This document shows positions 53,501 through 63,904 of a DNA stretch of 64,000 nt, piece by piece. Each line of letters starts with the position of its first letter. Position 1 is the stretch's first letter. The notes under the pieces were generated by a model, which was not told the origin of the DNA, ran no database searches, and saw only the letters and a list, made by a program, of their open reading frames with translations. A program made the position numbers and the translations under genes. The DNA comes from Monocercomonoides exilis PA203 (Eukaryota > Protista > Preaxostyla): the NCBI GenBank assembly GCA_001643675.2, contig LSRY02000037.1:124001-188000 (forward strand), in the 5' to 3' direction.

Positions 53501-56500
53501 GAATTGGAGCAGGAAGGAACGGGGAACACCAAAGGGATGATTGAAGTTCAAACTAAAGCGTTGTTGAGTGGCATTTGCTTTGCCATTCCAGAGACACTTG
53601 GCTCTCATGAAGCTGTTGTGCAGTGCGATTCAGGGGCATTTAACATGGCAGAGTGTGGGGTGGGTGCGAAAAGAGGAGCAATTAGTTATTCTTTTTTGAG
53701 GGTTTCTGGAGGTCAAGTTACTGTTAATAGACTGGCTGTGAAATCAATGGAGTTTTCTGCGGGATCGTTGTTGAAGATCACAGAAATAGGAGATGAGAAT
53801 TGCACACTTTCTGTGAGCGAATCAACCTTTGAATCAATAAGCACGAGTGAAGGAAATATTCTATTATGCGAAGGCGAGGCAAATGTGAATATAAGTGATT
53901 GCACAATAAAGAAAGTGCTCAGTTCAAAACAGAATGGAGGAGGTGTGAGCATTTTGTTCTTATCAAGCACAAAGCAGAAGATTGTTGGGATTGATAATTG
54001 CACTTTTGATGAATGTGCAGTGTTGGATGGAGGAGGCTGTGGAGGAGGAATGTTTGGGTTGATCTCAGATAGCACTGTTTTGAAGTTGACAGAGTGTTCA
54101 TTCAGTGGCTGTGCTGCGCCAAGTGGAGAGGAGGAAGGGTTTGGAGGAGGAATATATCTTCAACTTATGGAAGAGTCAATTGACTTTGTTGTTTCTGCTC
54201 CAATATTTCCTTCATCAAAGCCGAATGCAGCAAGCCATGGAAGAGATCTGTTTATTCGATCACCAAATCTGAAAAGAACTGTGTCGTCAGACACATTTCC
54301 ATTTGTTGAAGAAGCAGATAAGGTATCGATGGAATCAATGGAAGGTATCGATGGAGATGATACTGATGCTTTCATTCCATTGATCCTATTTTTCAGGGAA
54401 ATAGAAGGGAAGATATATACTTCGTCACAAAGTGGTGTTAACACTGTTGTGTGCGGATTTGAGGAATATCCGTGCTTGTCAATTGATTACTCGCTTCTGA
54501 GACTTTGCGAAAGTGTTGAGAAAATCGTATATGTGAAGGATGCAGTTGACATGAAAGAAGAAGTGGATTTGAGTGATGTGGAATTGAGGGGTGATGGTCA
54601 AGAGAAGGCAGTTCTTTGTGTTCAAGAAATAATGGATGGTGAAGGAAAGAAAGTGATGAGCACTAAAAGTGCTACACACATTGTGAGGTTGAGGGTGGAA
54701 GCTCCATTGGCTTTTACGAATGGAACAACTGTTCTGATCGCTTCAGACGGAGTTGAAGGAGAACTTGAGATTGAAGACTGTTGGTTCACGATGAAAGGCG
54801 AAGAAGTGGGATCAATTGATTACACACTAATTGAGTCAAAGGGATCTTTTCTTTGGTTTGTTGGTGTCAGAGTTGCAAACATAAAGACCAGAAAGTCGCT
54901 TTTTATTCTGTGCAACAAACAGTCATCTGAGAGGAATCGCGAGAATCCATCAATTCAGTTGAAGAACTGCACATTTGAAGGATTGGAAGTGCAAGGTGCC
55001 GATTGCTCAGTTCTTTTTGAATCAACATTGAATGTCGAATGCTTGATAACAGAGAATAATATGACAAATATCAGTTCCTTGGAGAGTATTGAAGGCGGAG
55101 CGATGAGATGTGCCCTCGGAAATAATGGAATGCTTTGTGTGTCAAAAAGCAATATTTCAAGATGCAGAGCAAAAACAGCAACTTCTGGAAAAGGAGGGTG
55201 GTTGTATCTGGAGTATGGAAGCACTGCAACTTTCAAGATTGAAAGTCTCTTGTTTGGAGAATGTGATGCATATTGTGGGAAAAACATGTATATTCGAGGA
55301 CAGTGCCTCTGGAATTCACTGGGCCGTGAACAAATTGGCCAGGAAATATCTTCAGAAAAGGTGAGGTGGAATGAGTTTATATGCTTTGAGGAGGAAGAAT
55401 TGTTGGAGGTTCCTCTGGCTCTATTTACCAGTGAGTGGGAGCTGCCAGCATATGTGGAAGGAGAAAGCGGAAGGAATTACCCTCTGTGTGGATTTGAGTG
55501 GTTTGGATGCAGATCCATAGTATATGCAGGGGATGTGCGATTCAAAACAGGGAAAGCAGGAGTCAGATTACAAAGAACATTCAGCTTTAAAGATGCAGTT
55601 GTTCTTTCTTCTCGAGGTTATGATATTGATGTTGAGAATATTGGAGATGAGATTGAAGTTGAAGAAGGAGGAAGCGGAGAAGGAGCAGGTCTAATAAAGT
55701 GTGTGAACGAGGTTAAGTTGTCGAAAATGGTGTTGGTGCTTCCTTCATTGTTTTCACCGACAGCCAGAGAATGCTTAGTGCTGTGTGAAGGGTCAAAAGT
55801 GGTGCTTGAAAAAATGGGAATGAAAATGCAGACAGTTGGGAAGCAGTGTAAATACAGCTTGGTGAAAGGAGTTGGAGGGGCTGTGATCATTAGTGAATTG
55901 AATCTTGTTGATTTTGAATTTTCTGCATTGCCAGCAATTGAGCTGAGGGGCGGAGGCGTCATTGGAAATGTGGATAATTTGGTGATAAGAAACACAAAGA
56001 GAAACGGGAATGGAGGGCTTGTGGAGATTGATTGCGAAGCAAAAATGAGCATTGTGAATTCATCTGTGTGTGAGGGGACGTTTGCTGGCCATTGCGTATT
56101 GATGGTTGATGAAACAAGCGAACTGAGCTTGCAAGAGTGCAATGTGAGTGATATGTCAAGATCAAACGGAGATGGTGGGGGTATTGTGGGGGTTGTGGGA
56201 GATGGGAAGAAGATAGAGGTGAAGAAATGCAATTTCAGTCGAGTTTCGTGTTCCTCAACTGGCTCAAAAGGAGGATGCATGATGGTCAGAGTGATGAACA
56301 GAGGAATGTTTTTGTTTGATTCCAACAGTGTTGAAGGATGCAAGGTTCCAGCAACTGAAGGATTTGGTGGAGGGCTGCATCTCACGTTGGAAGATGCAAA
56401 TTTGACATATTCGATGAAGAGTGTTGCTTTTGGTGAGAATGACGCACAGCGTGGGGCGGATGTTTATCTGGTATGCAAAAACCCGAGGCAGATGGTGGAT

Positions 56501-59500
56501 CCATTGCTGTGGGAAGGGTCAGCGGAGGTTGGGGAGGATGAGAGCAGAAAATGGGTGATAGATCCATCGGATGAAAGAATGAACATGACGCTTCTGCGGT
56601 TTCTGTTTCCTTCAGACGATGATATTATTTATGTGGATGAGAGAGAAGGAAAAGAAGTGGAAGGATGTGGCTCGAGTGTGAGTCCGTGCATGGAGCTGGG
56701 ATATGGATACAGCAAACTTGGAGATACAAGAACAATCCTGCACATTCAGGACTCTGCGAGTCTGGTGAGTGAGATTGATCGCAAAGACGAGAAGCTGATG
56801 ATCCGAGGTGAAGAGCGAAAATCTGAGATGATTGTTGGAATTCATGGACATGTTATGCTTTCGACTGGTTCTTTGTCGACTTCACTAACATTTCAGAATA
56901 TCATATTTACTCTTCCTATTTCACGAGGCAAGTATGGAGAAGTGATCAAAGGAAAGGCTGGGCGAGTGAATGTGATTTCTTGTGTATTTGGAGGAAAGCC
57001 TGATTCTTGGGCAGTGTGTCCAACGTGGATAATTCGCGGGGAAGGAAGTGTGGTGCAGATTGATAACACAAGATGGGAAATGATGGATTTTGGCACAGAC
57101 AGCGGAATTTGTGTTTTGCATTCAGGAATACTAAATGTTGTCGGAAGCACAATATCTGAAGTGAATTGCAGCAGCGAGGCGCTGTTTATCTGCAGCAAAG
57201 ACTCGAGCATGGTAATAAATGACACATGTGTCATGAATTGTCGATTTTCCATTGGCAGCGTGATTCGAGCAAAAAATGGAACGATGGTGGGCATCGAGAA
57301 TGGCACATCATTTGAGCGATGCACTTCGAATGAAGGTAATGGTGGATGCATAAACTGTGAGTCAGTTGGAAACTGCAGCGTGCGGGTGAAAGATGTTTCG
57401 TTTCTTTTCTGCGGGGTGAATGAAATGAATGGAAGAGGAGGAGCAATTTATTATTGGATGTTCAATGATTTGTCGAGTGAAATCGAGTTCTCAGCACTGA
57501 GTTTCCAAGATAATCAGGCGCATGAAGGGAGAGACGTGTTTGTTGGAAGCGTGAATTTGAACAAATCTGTAACTGCCAATAGATTTTGTTTTAAGCTTTT
57601 TGATGATGACGGGAATCAAACATCATTTATTGAAGGGACAGACACAACTATTTTCAACGGAAAAGCGGTAGATCTTGCGTTATTTTTGGCTGAATACACA
57701 TCTCACTCTGTTGTTGTTTCCCCATCTGGTCTGGATCTTGTTGGGTGTGGAGGCGAAAAAATGCCGTGTCAAACATTTTGGAGTGGATTTGGACATCTTG
57801 AAGATTCAACTCTTGGTATGAGAAATTTACAGATTGAGCAAATTGCAAATGTCCAAGATGCTTTTGTGATGACAAATCTGAAAATAAGTTCTTTCGCAAC
57901 AGATTCTAATTGCACCCTTCAGATTGATCCACAGTTAAACACACACGATGCTGATTGTGTGTTTTTCACATCAATTGATGTTCAATTTGTGCATGTTATA
58001 TTTTCAATTCCCATCGCTTTGCCTCCTTCTTTGAAAAGTCTGATTATGTCGATTTCAGATCTGTCTTCTTCGTCGACTCTTATTCTCACAAATTGTTCCT
58101 TCAATCTCTGTGATATTTCCTCTGTGGATCGATTAGTTCAATGCTCTCTAATTTCAACAGCAGGAGGTTTTGTGGAATTGGAAAGCTGTGTTTTTGAGAC
58201 GCTTTCATTTTTGCAAGTGCCGTTGGAATTTGAATCAACGGTTCATGTGAAAAACAGTTCTTTTGTTGATGTGGAAGCGCCAGAAAGTGCTTCAGGCGGT
58301 GCGATGAAAGTGACACTTGGAACTTCTGGCCAGTTGGAAGTAAATGGAGGGGAATTGAAGCATTGCAGATGCTCGAAAGGAAACGGAAGAGGAGGAGGAA
58401 TGTGTGTTGACTGTAGAGAAACAATTATATCAGACTTATTGGAGCTGAGGAATGTTGAGTTTGAAAAGAATGATGCATGGACGGGGAAGAACATCTATGT
58501 GCTGTCATCAGATTTGAACAAAACAATCACAACTGATTCATTTGCATTTGATTTCACAAAATCACAGAACGATAGCCGAGCATTTGTGGGAAGCGACTTG
58601 ACGATTGGTGATGTAGATTTGCTTCGATTTTTGATGCCTTATTGGAATAGCGAGATATTTGTTTCTTCAGGAGGATTTGACTTGCTGCATTGCGGGAATG
58701 AAAATGAGCCATGCTTCACATTTTGGATGGGAATGAGCCATATTGATTGGAACGCGAGAGAGAAAATGATTATTGTTGAAGGTGAAACAGCTGTTGCAAA
58801 TGAATATGAGCTGTCATTGTTCAGGATTGTTTCATCAAGCGTAGAAAGAGAAGAAAAAACGAAATCAAAGTTGAAGTTTTTGAAGAAGTTGAATGGATCA
58901 AGTGGGGGATATATCATCAACAAAGAAAATCTTACGATAGAATTGATCATTCTTTCAGTTGATTTGCTGTATGAAGGCTCGGCAGAGAGTGTGATTGTGA
59001 ATGAGAAAGGTGTGCTACAGCTTGAGAAATGTTGTTTTGAAGTGAAAGAAGCAGAATGCAGTTTTATCGAGATGAGAAAAGGAGTGCTGGAAGCGAATGA
59101 TCTATCAATGAAATTATCTTCAACAGGAATGAGTGTTTTCATTATTTATTCGGGAAGCATTTGCCGCTGTAATGAGCTTGAATTCGCACAGATAAGTATT
59201 TCTGGGGGATGTGTGTTTGAGGTGAAGACAAAAGCGGGAAACTCAAACGAAAGCGGGATGGTTTGTGTGAATGGATCGACTTTTGACACATTGGAGCGGG
59301 GAGACAATGGGGCATGCATAATTCACACAGATAAAGAGAACGAAATCGATGTTGAAGTGAATGGATGCAGCTTTGTGGATGACAAGTCTGAAGAAAGTGC
59401 ATGCGGGGGAGTTATGCATTTTTGCATCAACTCAGGTGGAAGATTAACCGTGAGTGACACAACAATGATGAGATGCAGCTGTTCGATGAGCGGGAGAGGA

Positions 59501-62500
59501 GGCGGGGTGTATGTGAGCACAGATAATACAGGAGAGTTAAACTTTGTGTTCAGGAGGATGAAGTTTATTGGAAACACAGCTGGGGTTGGAAACGACATAT
59601 ATGTGCAGTGCCATAACATTTCAAGACAGATAAATGACACTCAATTCAGATTCTCGCTGAAGGAAGGTGCATATTCGTCAACAAACGCGATATACGGATC
59701 GGACACGACTGACCACGTGATGGATACAAATCTGATGGACTTCATTACAATATATGAAAGTGATATGATAATTGTTTCATCATCTGAAGGGAAAGAAGGA
59801 AAGAATGAAAGGCAGTGCGGAACTGTGGTGATGCCATGTGCAAGCGTTGGGTATGGACTGCGTCATTTGACAAACGAAGTGATGAGTATGCTGCTTGTTG
59901 ATGAGAAATCGGTGATTGAGGAAGCGATTGTATTAGATAGCATGACGTTCTTGTCTCGAATGCAAAGCAACGCAAATATTGAAGTTGTGTCAGATATAGA
60001 ACAAGCGAGTGATACCATTATTGAGATTCTGAATAGCGTGACTATGGCGATGCTGAGCTTCAAATTTCCTGCTGAGTTGCTTTCGTTGCATGCATCGTTT
60101 ATTTCCGTGAAAGGCGGGAGTTTAGAAGCAAATGGCTGTACCTTTTCTTCATTGAATCCATGGAATGAAGCGAACAGTCTCTCTTTTCATCTTGTATATT
60201 CAATGGCAAGTGATTGCACTTTTGACAAATGCGTGATCAGCAACTTATTCTTTCAAGAATCGGTGTTTAAGTTCAAAGAGAGTTATGCAACCTTTTCATC
60301 TTGTAGTATAACAGATTTAATGCATTCTTTTGGTGTTGTGGATCATTTTGAAGGGAGACTTGAGATGATAAACACAATGATTGGAAATATTTCAAGGAAA
60401 GGTGAGAGTTCAGCTTCAGTAATATCAGGATTTTCTTTGAAGGTTTCTATCAAAAACTGCCTATTAAAATCAAAATGTGCACAAGTGGAAAAAGGAAGTC
60501 TTGCAGACTTTATGGAATGCTCATCTGTGGAAATGGAATTCTGCACAATTGAAGGAAGAATATCATCAGACAGTGAAGAAATGCAAGAAAGAGCAAACTC
60601 AGATGAAGCATGCTCATGGAATGGATCTCTTGTTGATTTTGGGGAATGCCAAGTGATGATGAAAGACACAGTTGTTTGCAACTCATCTTTTGGAGGGATT
60701 TCATTTGATCGAAGCAATGTGACAATTGAAAATGGAGAATTCATGAACAACAATCCAATGATCGGGAAATATCCATCGATTCGAAGGAACATTGTTTGCA
60801 GCGATGATGCGACAGTGAATGTTGTGAGCCTGAAGGGCGGAGATGGAGCGAAAGAAAACAGCTCGTTGTGGATGCTGAACAAGGGGTGCAATGCGGAAGG
60901 GATGCTGGAAGGGCTGAAGTCTGTGCTGTTTATTCCGGTTCTTGATTCAGTGAGCATGGCAGAAGAAGGGGCTGTGATGAGTCTGAGCTTCCGAGGGGCG
61001 CTTTTCATTCAATGCAAGCTGGGGTTTGAGATTGTGACAAGAATGGGAAGCACAAAGCTGATTGAGAAGTGGGAGTTTTCGGAGGGCGATTTTGCATCAG
61101 AAGCAGAAGTGCACTCGTCGATTTCGTCTGCGATGATCACTTCTTCACCCGACGAGTCGGAAGTGGCAGCAGCGATCATATTTGGAGAAAAGAATGCAGA
61201 AACGGATCTGTTCGTTCTGAAGAACAGAAGTGAACCTCAAACAAGGGGAGATGGAAAACTTGTTGAAGGAGGAAAAGAAGGAAAATCATCTTTGTCGTTG
61301 ATTGTGATTATTATGGCCATTGTTCTATTAATAGTTTTGGTTGCATTGATTATTTTTGTAATTCGATGGAGAAAGCAAAAGAGAAGAACAGAAGAATTGG
61401 AGGTGATTGTGGAAGACACAGTGAAGAAGGATCCGAAGGCATTTGAGATGGTGACGATGGAGATGTCACCTGAGGAGCAATGGAGGAGAGCAGAGAGAGA
61501 GGCAGAGAAGAAGAATGAGGAGAGGATAAAGAAGAGAATAAATGGAAAGGAGATGGTTCATTCGGAGTCATCGGAGCATTTGCTGAGTGAGAGTGGATCG
61601 ACTGAATATATTTTGGGAAGAGATTCAGACAAGATTCCTGATTGGGCACTGGAAAAGGAGGAGGAGGAAGAGATAAGGAAGCGAACACCATCACCATCCA
61701 TCTCATCCACTTCAACCACTTCAACGACTGATTCAGATTCAACATTTGTTCGATCAGAGTGTCTGTGCCCAACAACCTCATCCATGTCGAATCTGGTTGA
61801 TGCGATGGCCTGCTCATCCCCTCATGAGAAGCTGATTGTGGACTTGAGGGATTCATTATTCATGCTGCTTCACGGAAGGAACGAGAAGAAAGAGATGGCG
61901 ATAGGCACACTGGAGGAGCGGGAGGTGACAGCAGCTCAGATCATGTTCTGGGTGGCGAACGGGGTGCTTCATTGCTTTGACGAGCTCAAAGTGGAGCTTC
62001 AATCGCTGGATGGTCTGAGTCCGCACATTGTGCTGTTCTCAGAGCACATGGTGATCTGCATTGCGATGCACTCAGACTGCTCGACAGACTCGGATTCATC
62101 GTCCATCTCATCATCAACGACTGTTGTGACATCTGCCAGTGATGATGAAAGTGACTCCCTTCCTTCATCATCTTTTGAGGATGAGGAAGAATTCAAAAAA
62201 GAGTGCCTTCGGTGGAAGGCGCCGGAGCTGGTGAGTGGAGCGAAGAAGCATGCGACGAAGAAGACAGTGGTGTTTTCGATTGGGATGATGGTGTGGGAGT
62301 GTGTGACGCTGAAGATGCCGTTTGGGGAGTATGACGGGTCGGGGGCAGGGGAGCTGATTGTTGAAGGGGCGAGGCCTCGCATGGAGATGATGGAGGGGTC
62401 GAGGCTGTCGGGATGTGTGAAGGAGTGTGTACTGCAGAAGGGCAGGGAGCGGCCAGAGCTGGGGAGGCTGAAGCGAGAGTTTTTTGGGTATTTCCCATCG

Positions 62501-62632
62501 GGAGCAACGATGGTGACAGCGACAGACGCGATTTGGCTGTATGAGGGGAGCGATGTGTTCTATGGAAGTGGGGGTATTTGCAGCAGCAGCGACAGCGACA
62601 GCGGCAGCACATGCACAGAAATGGGAGGATGA
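50597..62632 (+). CDS. Giant single-pass receptor-like protein (4,011 aa): beta-helix-like modular ectodomain, TM helix and pseudokinase domain; paralogue of 16372-24486
   Basis: Uninterrupted ORF with an N-terminal hydrophobic stretch (FLRVVFCCAFLSIIC) and eight CG-x5-C cap modules with GGG motifs. TM LIVIIMAIVLLIVLVALIIFVI-RWRK at ~61295-61375. RWKAPELV and VFSIGMMVWECVTLKMPF present. Confidence 0.9.
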   Translation: MPKPNFLMESTKDTFLRVVFCCAFLSIICQQSFSKEFQYSTMIDHQNNDDFYLSEKELIRKFMSSNCCTETSFVDSQIINAKEKQINQFSQKQTTLNDYLLVSNATLMIKKAFMMQKQFGGVAKTNRNSLFWCQDCSLIFSSFENASTFEACGGCLRLQNVSVTKFCPFKEILPLTCGRNDVYSQHQPKIKFGNCEFNSLFTERQTSILGCGDVEDLEIHECSFLNISQKFTKYNTKHRYCSSSKWIGCSVYSSMFHGCSNAQFGSIIVPTNEKLLLLNSSFEDCSVTHSPQNGTENAYSTGDVIASSVIFSDLSSSTTVGLAMRLSGNATLRATNCSFLNVNSSLVNEGLYGGAVSHIGNGFHFSYGCNYSNCSAGYAGGGLNSRSSAIQSVKCCIFEHCKSRHYSGLFCYYQSNGTVFANNYVLYCIASYYTAGMGVCFTKCYPILSECVFGFCENNANYGTLSFVWESANNTTGIVQISFCYFENNTIGATDCGCDISSWGNKIYDEKVIFDSFVSSYSSSTQPCRVTIGWADRSEWLPLLPETAPYVFVSSIFGDDNKENCGFGGIPCETIPKGMLKRTNSQPLIVEEGSYIHDEIAVSSTNVTLRGEDPETSTLISSNTEEGKALFDVTVGYLSISRFTVIHSNKNSNPGSAVLRMRGNGKIEISDSIFRGEEAGSVASTTSMIILEGGETTMNSVSFSLFTSMCQLVSFSTPSQLSVKSVVFDSVRRTVGNGAIFEGRLKNNEICEMNNITFSGCECSEGNGGGIWMELERGSMFFVGNTSDGSGTVVLSGCKAKQKSASNLCGCGGGIYLWVGDEADTFALKRVRFNDCKASKGNNVFVNASRLIGLVNTATIGFNLSLSDFDCARGSERSTTGDEFWIPLVVYLWSNLTTFAHVGGTEGADFSRCGFAEIPCETIGQAVSVRFEEKNRYIELHNPFVLKEELNLKGYEWMIMASLNGTSIELEQEGTGNTKGMIEVQTKALLSGICFAIPETLGSHEAVVQCDSGAFNMAECGVGAKRGAISYSFLRVSGGQVTVNRLAVKSMEFSAGSLLKITEIGDENCTLSVSESTFESISTSEGNILLCEGEANVNISDCTIKKVLSSKQNGGGVSILFLSSTKQKIVGIDNCTFDECAVLDGGGCGGGMFGLISDSTVLKLTECSFSGCAAPSGEEEGFGGGIYLQLMEESIDFVVSAPIFPSSKPNAASHGRDLFIRSPNLKRTVSSDTFPFVEEADKVSMESMEGIDGDDTDAFIPLILFFREIEGKIYTSSQSGVNTVVCGFEEYPCLSIDYSLLRLCESVEKIVYVKDAVDMKEEVDLSDVELRGDGQEKAVLCVQEIMDGEGKKVMSTKSATHIVRLRVEAPLAFTNGTTVLIASDGVEGELEIEDCWFTMKGEEVGSIDYTLIESKGSFLWFVGVRVANIKTRKSLFILCNKQSSERNRENPSIQLKNCTFEGLEVQGADCSVLFESTLNVECLITENNMTNISSLESIEGGAMRCALGNNGMLCVSKSNISRCRAKTATSGKGGWLYLEYGSTATFKIESLLFGECDAYCGKNMYIRGQCLWNSLGREQIGQEISSEKVRWNEFICFEEEELLEVPLALFTSEWELPAYVEGESGRNYPLCGFEWFGCRSIVYAGDVRFKTGKAGVRLQRTFSFKDAVVLSSRGYDIDVENIGDEIEVEEGGSGEGAGLIKCVNEVKLSKMVLVLPSLFSPTARECLVLCEGSKVVLEKMGMKMQTVGKQCKYSLVKGVGGAVIISELNLVDFEFSALPAIELRGGGVIGNVDNLVIRNTKRNGNGGLVEIDCEAKMSIVNSSVCEGTFAGHCVLMVDETSELSLQECNVSDMSRSNGDGGGIVGVVGDGKKIEVKKCNFSRVSCSSTGSKGGCMMVRVMNRGMFLFDSNSVEGCKVPATEGFGGGLHLTLEDANLTYSMKSVAFGENDAQRGADVYLVCKNPRQMVDPLLWEGSAEVGEDESRKWVIDPSDERMNMTLLRFLFPSDDDIIYVDEREGKEVEGCGSSVSPCMELGYGYSKLGDTRTILHIQDSASLVSEIDRKDEKLMIRGEERKSEMIVGIHGHVMLSTGSLSTSLTFQNIIFTLPISRGKYGEVIKGKAGRVNVISCVFGGKPDSWAVCPTWIIRGEGSVVQIDNTRWEMMDFGTDSGICVLHSGILNVVGSTISEVNCSSEALFICSKDSSMVINDTCVMNCRFSIGSVIRAKNGTMVGIENGTSFERCTSNEGNGGCINCESVGNCSVRVKDVSFLFCGVNEMNGRGGAIYYWMFNDLSSEIEFSALSFQDNQAHEGRDVFVGSVNLNKSVTANRFCFKLFDDDGNQTSFIEGTDTTIFNGKAVDLALFLAEYTSHSVVVSPSGLDLVGCGGEKMPCQTFWSGFGHLEDSTLGMRNLQIEQIANVQDAFVMTNLKISSFATDSNCTLQIDPQLNTHDADCVFFTSIDVQFVHVIFSIPIALPPSLKSLIMSISDLSSSSTLILTNCSFNLCDISSVDRLVQCSLISTAGGFVELESCVFETLSFLQVPLEFESTVHVKNSSFVDVEAPESASGGAMKVTLGTSGQLEVNGGELKHCRCSKGNGRGGGMCVDCRETIISDLLELRNVEFEKNDAWTGKNIYVLSSDLNKTITTDSFAFDFTKSQNDSRAFVGSDLTIGDVDLLRFLMPYWNSEIFVSSGGFDLLHCGNENEPCFTFWMGMSHIDWNAREKMIIVEGETAVANEYELSLFRIVSSSVEREEKTKSKLKFLKKLNGSSGGYIINKENLTIELIILSVDLLYEGSAESVIVNEKGVLQLEKCCFEVKEAECSFIEMRKGVLEANDLSMKLSSTGMSVFIIYSGSICRCNELEFAQISISGGCVFEVKTKAGNSNESGMVCVNGSTFDTLERGDNGACIIHTDKENEIDVEVNGCSFVDDKSEESACGGVMHFCINSGGRLTVSDTTMMRCSCSMSGRGGGVYVSTDNTGELNFVFRRMKFIGNTAGVGNDIYVQCHNISRQINDTQFRFSLKEGAYSSTNAIYGSDTTDHVMDTNLMDFITIYESDMIIVSSSEGKEGKNERQCGTVVMPCASVGYGLRHLTNEVMSMLLVDEKSVIEEAIVLDSMTFLSRMQSNANIEVVSDIEQASDTIIEILNSVTMAMLSFKFPAELLSLHASFISVKGGSLEANGCTFSSLNPWNEANSLSFHLVYSMASDCTFDKCVISNLFFQESVFKFKESYATFSSCSITDLMHSFGVVDHFEGRLEMINTMIGNISRKGESSASVISGFSLKVSIKNCLLKSKCAQVEKGSLADFMECSSVEMEFCTIEGRISSDSEEMQERANSDEACSWNGSLVDFGECQVMMKDTVVCNSSFGGISFDRSNVTIENGEFMNNNPMIGKYPSIRRNIVCSDDATVNVVSLKGGDGAKENSSLWMLNKGCNAEGMLEGLKSVLFIPVLDSVSMAEEGAVMSLSFRGALFIQCKLGFEIVTRMGSTKLIEKWEFSEGDFASEAEVHSSISSAMITSSPDESEVAAAIIFGEKNAETDLFVLKNRSEPQTRGDGKLVEGGKEGKSSLSLIVIIMAIVLLIVLVALIIFVIRWRKQKRRTEELEVIVEDTVKKDPKAFEMVTMEMSPEEQWRRAEREAEKKNEERIKKRINGKEMVHSESSEHLLSESGSTEYILGRDSDKIPDWALEKEEEEEIRKRTPSPSISSTSTTSTTDSDSTFVRSECLCPTTSSMSNLVDAMACSSPHEKLIVDLRDSLFMLLHGRNEKKEMAIGTLEEREVTAAQIMFWVANGVLHCFDELKVELQSLDGLSPHIVLFSEHMVICIAMHSDCSTDSDSSSISSSTTVVTSASDDESDSLPSSSFEDEEEFKKECLRWKAPELVSGAKKHATKKTVVFSIGMMVWECVTLKMPFGEYDGSGAGELIVEGARPRMEMMEGSRLSGCVKECVLQKGRERPELGRLKREFFGYFPSGATMVTATDAIWLYEGSDVFYGSGGICSSSDSDSGSTCTEMGG

Positions 62633-63630
62633 TAAGTGTTGGGGCTTCTGAAAGACGGTGATGAAAAGCAGAGGAAGGAGAAATGAAGATGAGAGTATTC
62701 TTTGATTGGTATTTGGTGAATGAGTGGTGATGGAGGGTGAAGGATTTGAAGGGATGTGATGGATGATTATTTGGGAGGCAGGAGAATGGAGCCATGGCAG
62801 AATATTGGATGAGATGGAGGAGCCACAGGGGTGGGAAAAGTTTGTTGGGAGCGACTTCTGAGCAGCTGATGTGAAAGAGTGGTTGTTTCTTCCATTTTAT
62901 TTTGTTTTTCAATCTTTTTATTTTTTAATTTTTTAATTTTTTTTATTTTTTTTATTTTTTTTGGAAATTACTCACCTCATGAACTTTTGGAGGCTATGCC
63001 CTATTTTCTGTTAGGTTTCAAATGATCTGTCGATTCTGATATTTTTTTGTATTCGGGATGTTTTCATGAGCCAGCGATTCGGAAATGAATATTGTTGGAT
63101 GAAGAAAATTTTCATGATCAAAGCGTTGAGTGATGATTATCCCAAAATAAAATATATTTTGACACTGTTGAAATGTTTTCAAACACATTAATTGTTGTTT
63201 GCAGCTGGACAGAATTCTACCAAAAATTGAATGATCCAAAATGAAAAATTTCTTGATAGAAAGTGAATATTTATCTGTGAAACATTGTTTCTCAAGGATT
63301 TTTGCAGTTATTTCATCTGAAGTGGTGGAAATATCCTTTTCAAGATTTTGATACATATATTTTATCTATTTCCATCCATCCATTGAAACATGAATGGCGT
63401 TGTGATTTTGCAATAATCTGATAATCTTGAATAATTTTGTTTTAAACCCGAGTTACGAATTGAAATTTATTTGGTAAATTGAGCGAGAGTTTATTTTTTT
63501 TTTTAAATAATTTAATTTAATTTTATAATTTTTGAAATCTTTTGGTTTCAAAAGTGCAGATGATGCCTTAGTCAATAAAAGGGAGAAGATAATTTGTTTT
63601 TCATTTGTTCTAATTTTTGAATAATTATTA

Positions 63631-63830
63631 GGGTGGTTTTTTTTATCCGGACTTTTTTTTATCCGGACAAAAATTTAAAATTTAAATATCTCAACAAATA
63701 TTCAATATTAATTTCCAGCAATTTGCACAGTTGTATGTTAGCATATATGACATCGATTCATATACAAATTTTTAATTGCAGTGTTGTATTTTTTTTGAAA
63801 TAAATAATTATTATTTTTGAAAATCCGACT
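63631..63830. mobile_element. Probable MITE left end (TA|GGGTGG followed by tandem TTTTTTTTATCCGGAC), related to the inner transposon TIR
   Basis: Same TA|GGGT start and doubled TTTATCC(G)GAC-like motif as 46333/48343. Weak internal symmetry around 63745; the right TIR is not found in the window. Confidence 0.4.
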
Positions 63831-63904
63831 TTTGATGAATTTTTCTATTAAAATAAAATGAGTAAGTCATCTTTAATATACACAACTTATTTTTTCCCAT
63901 GATA

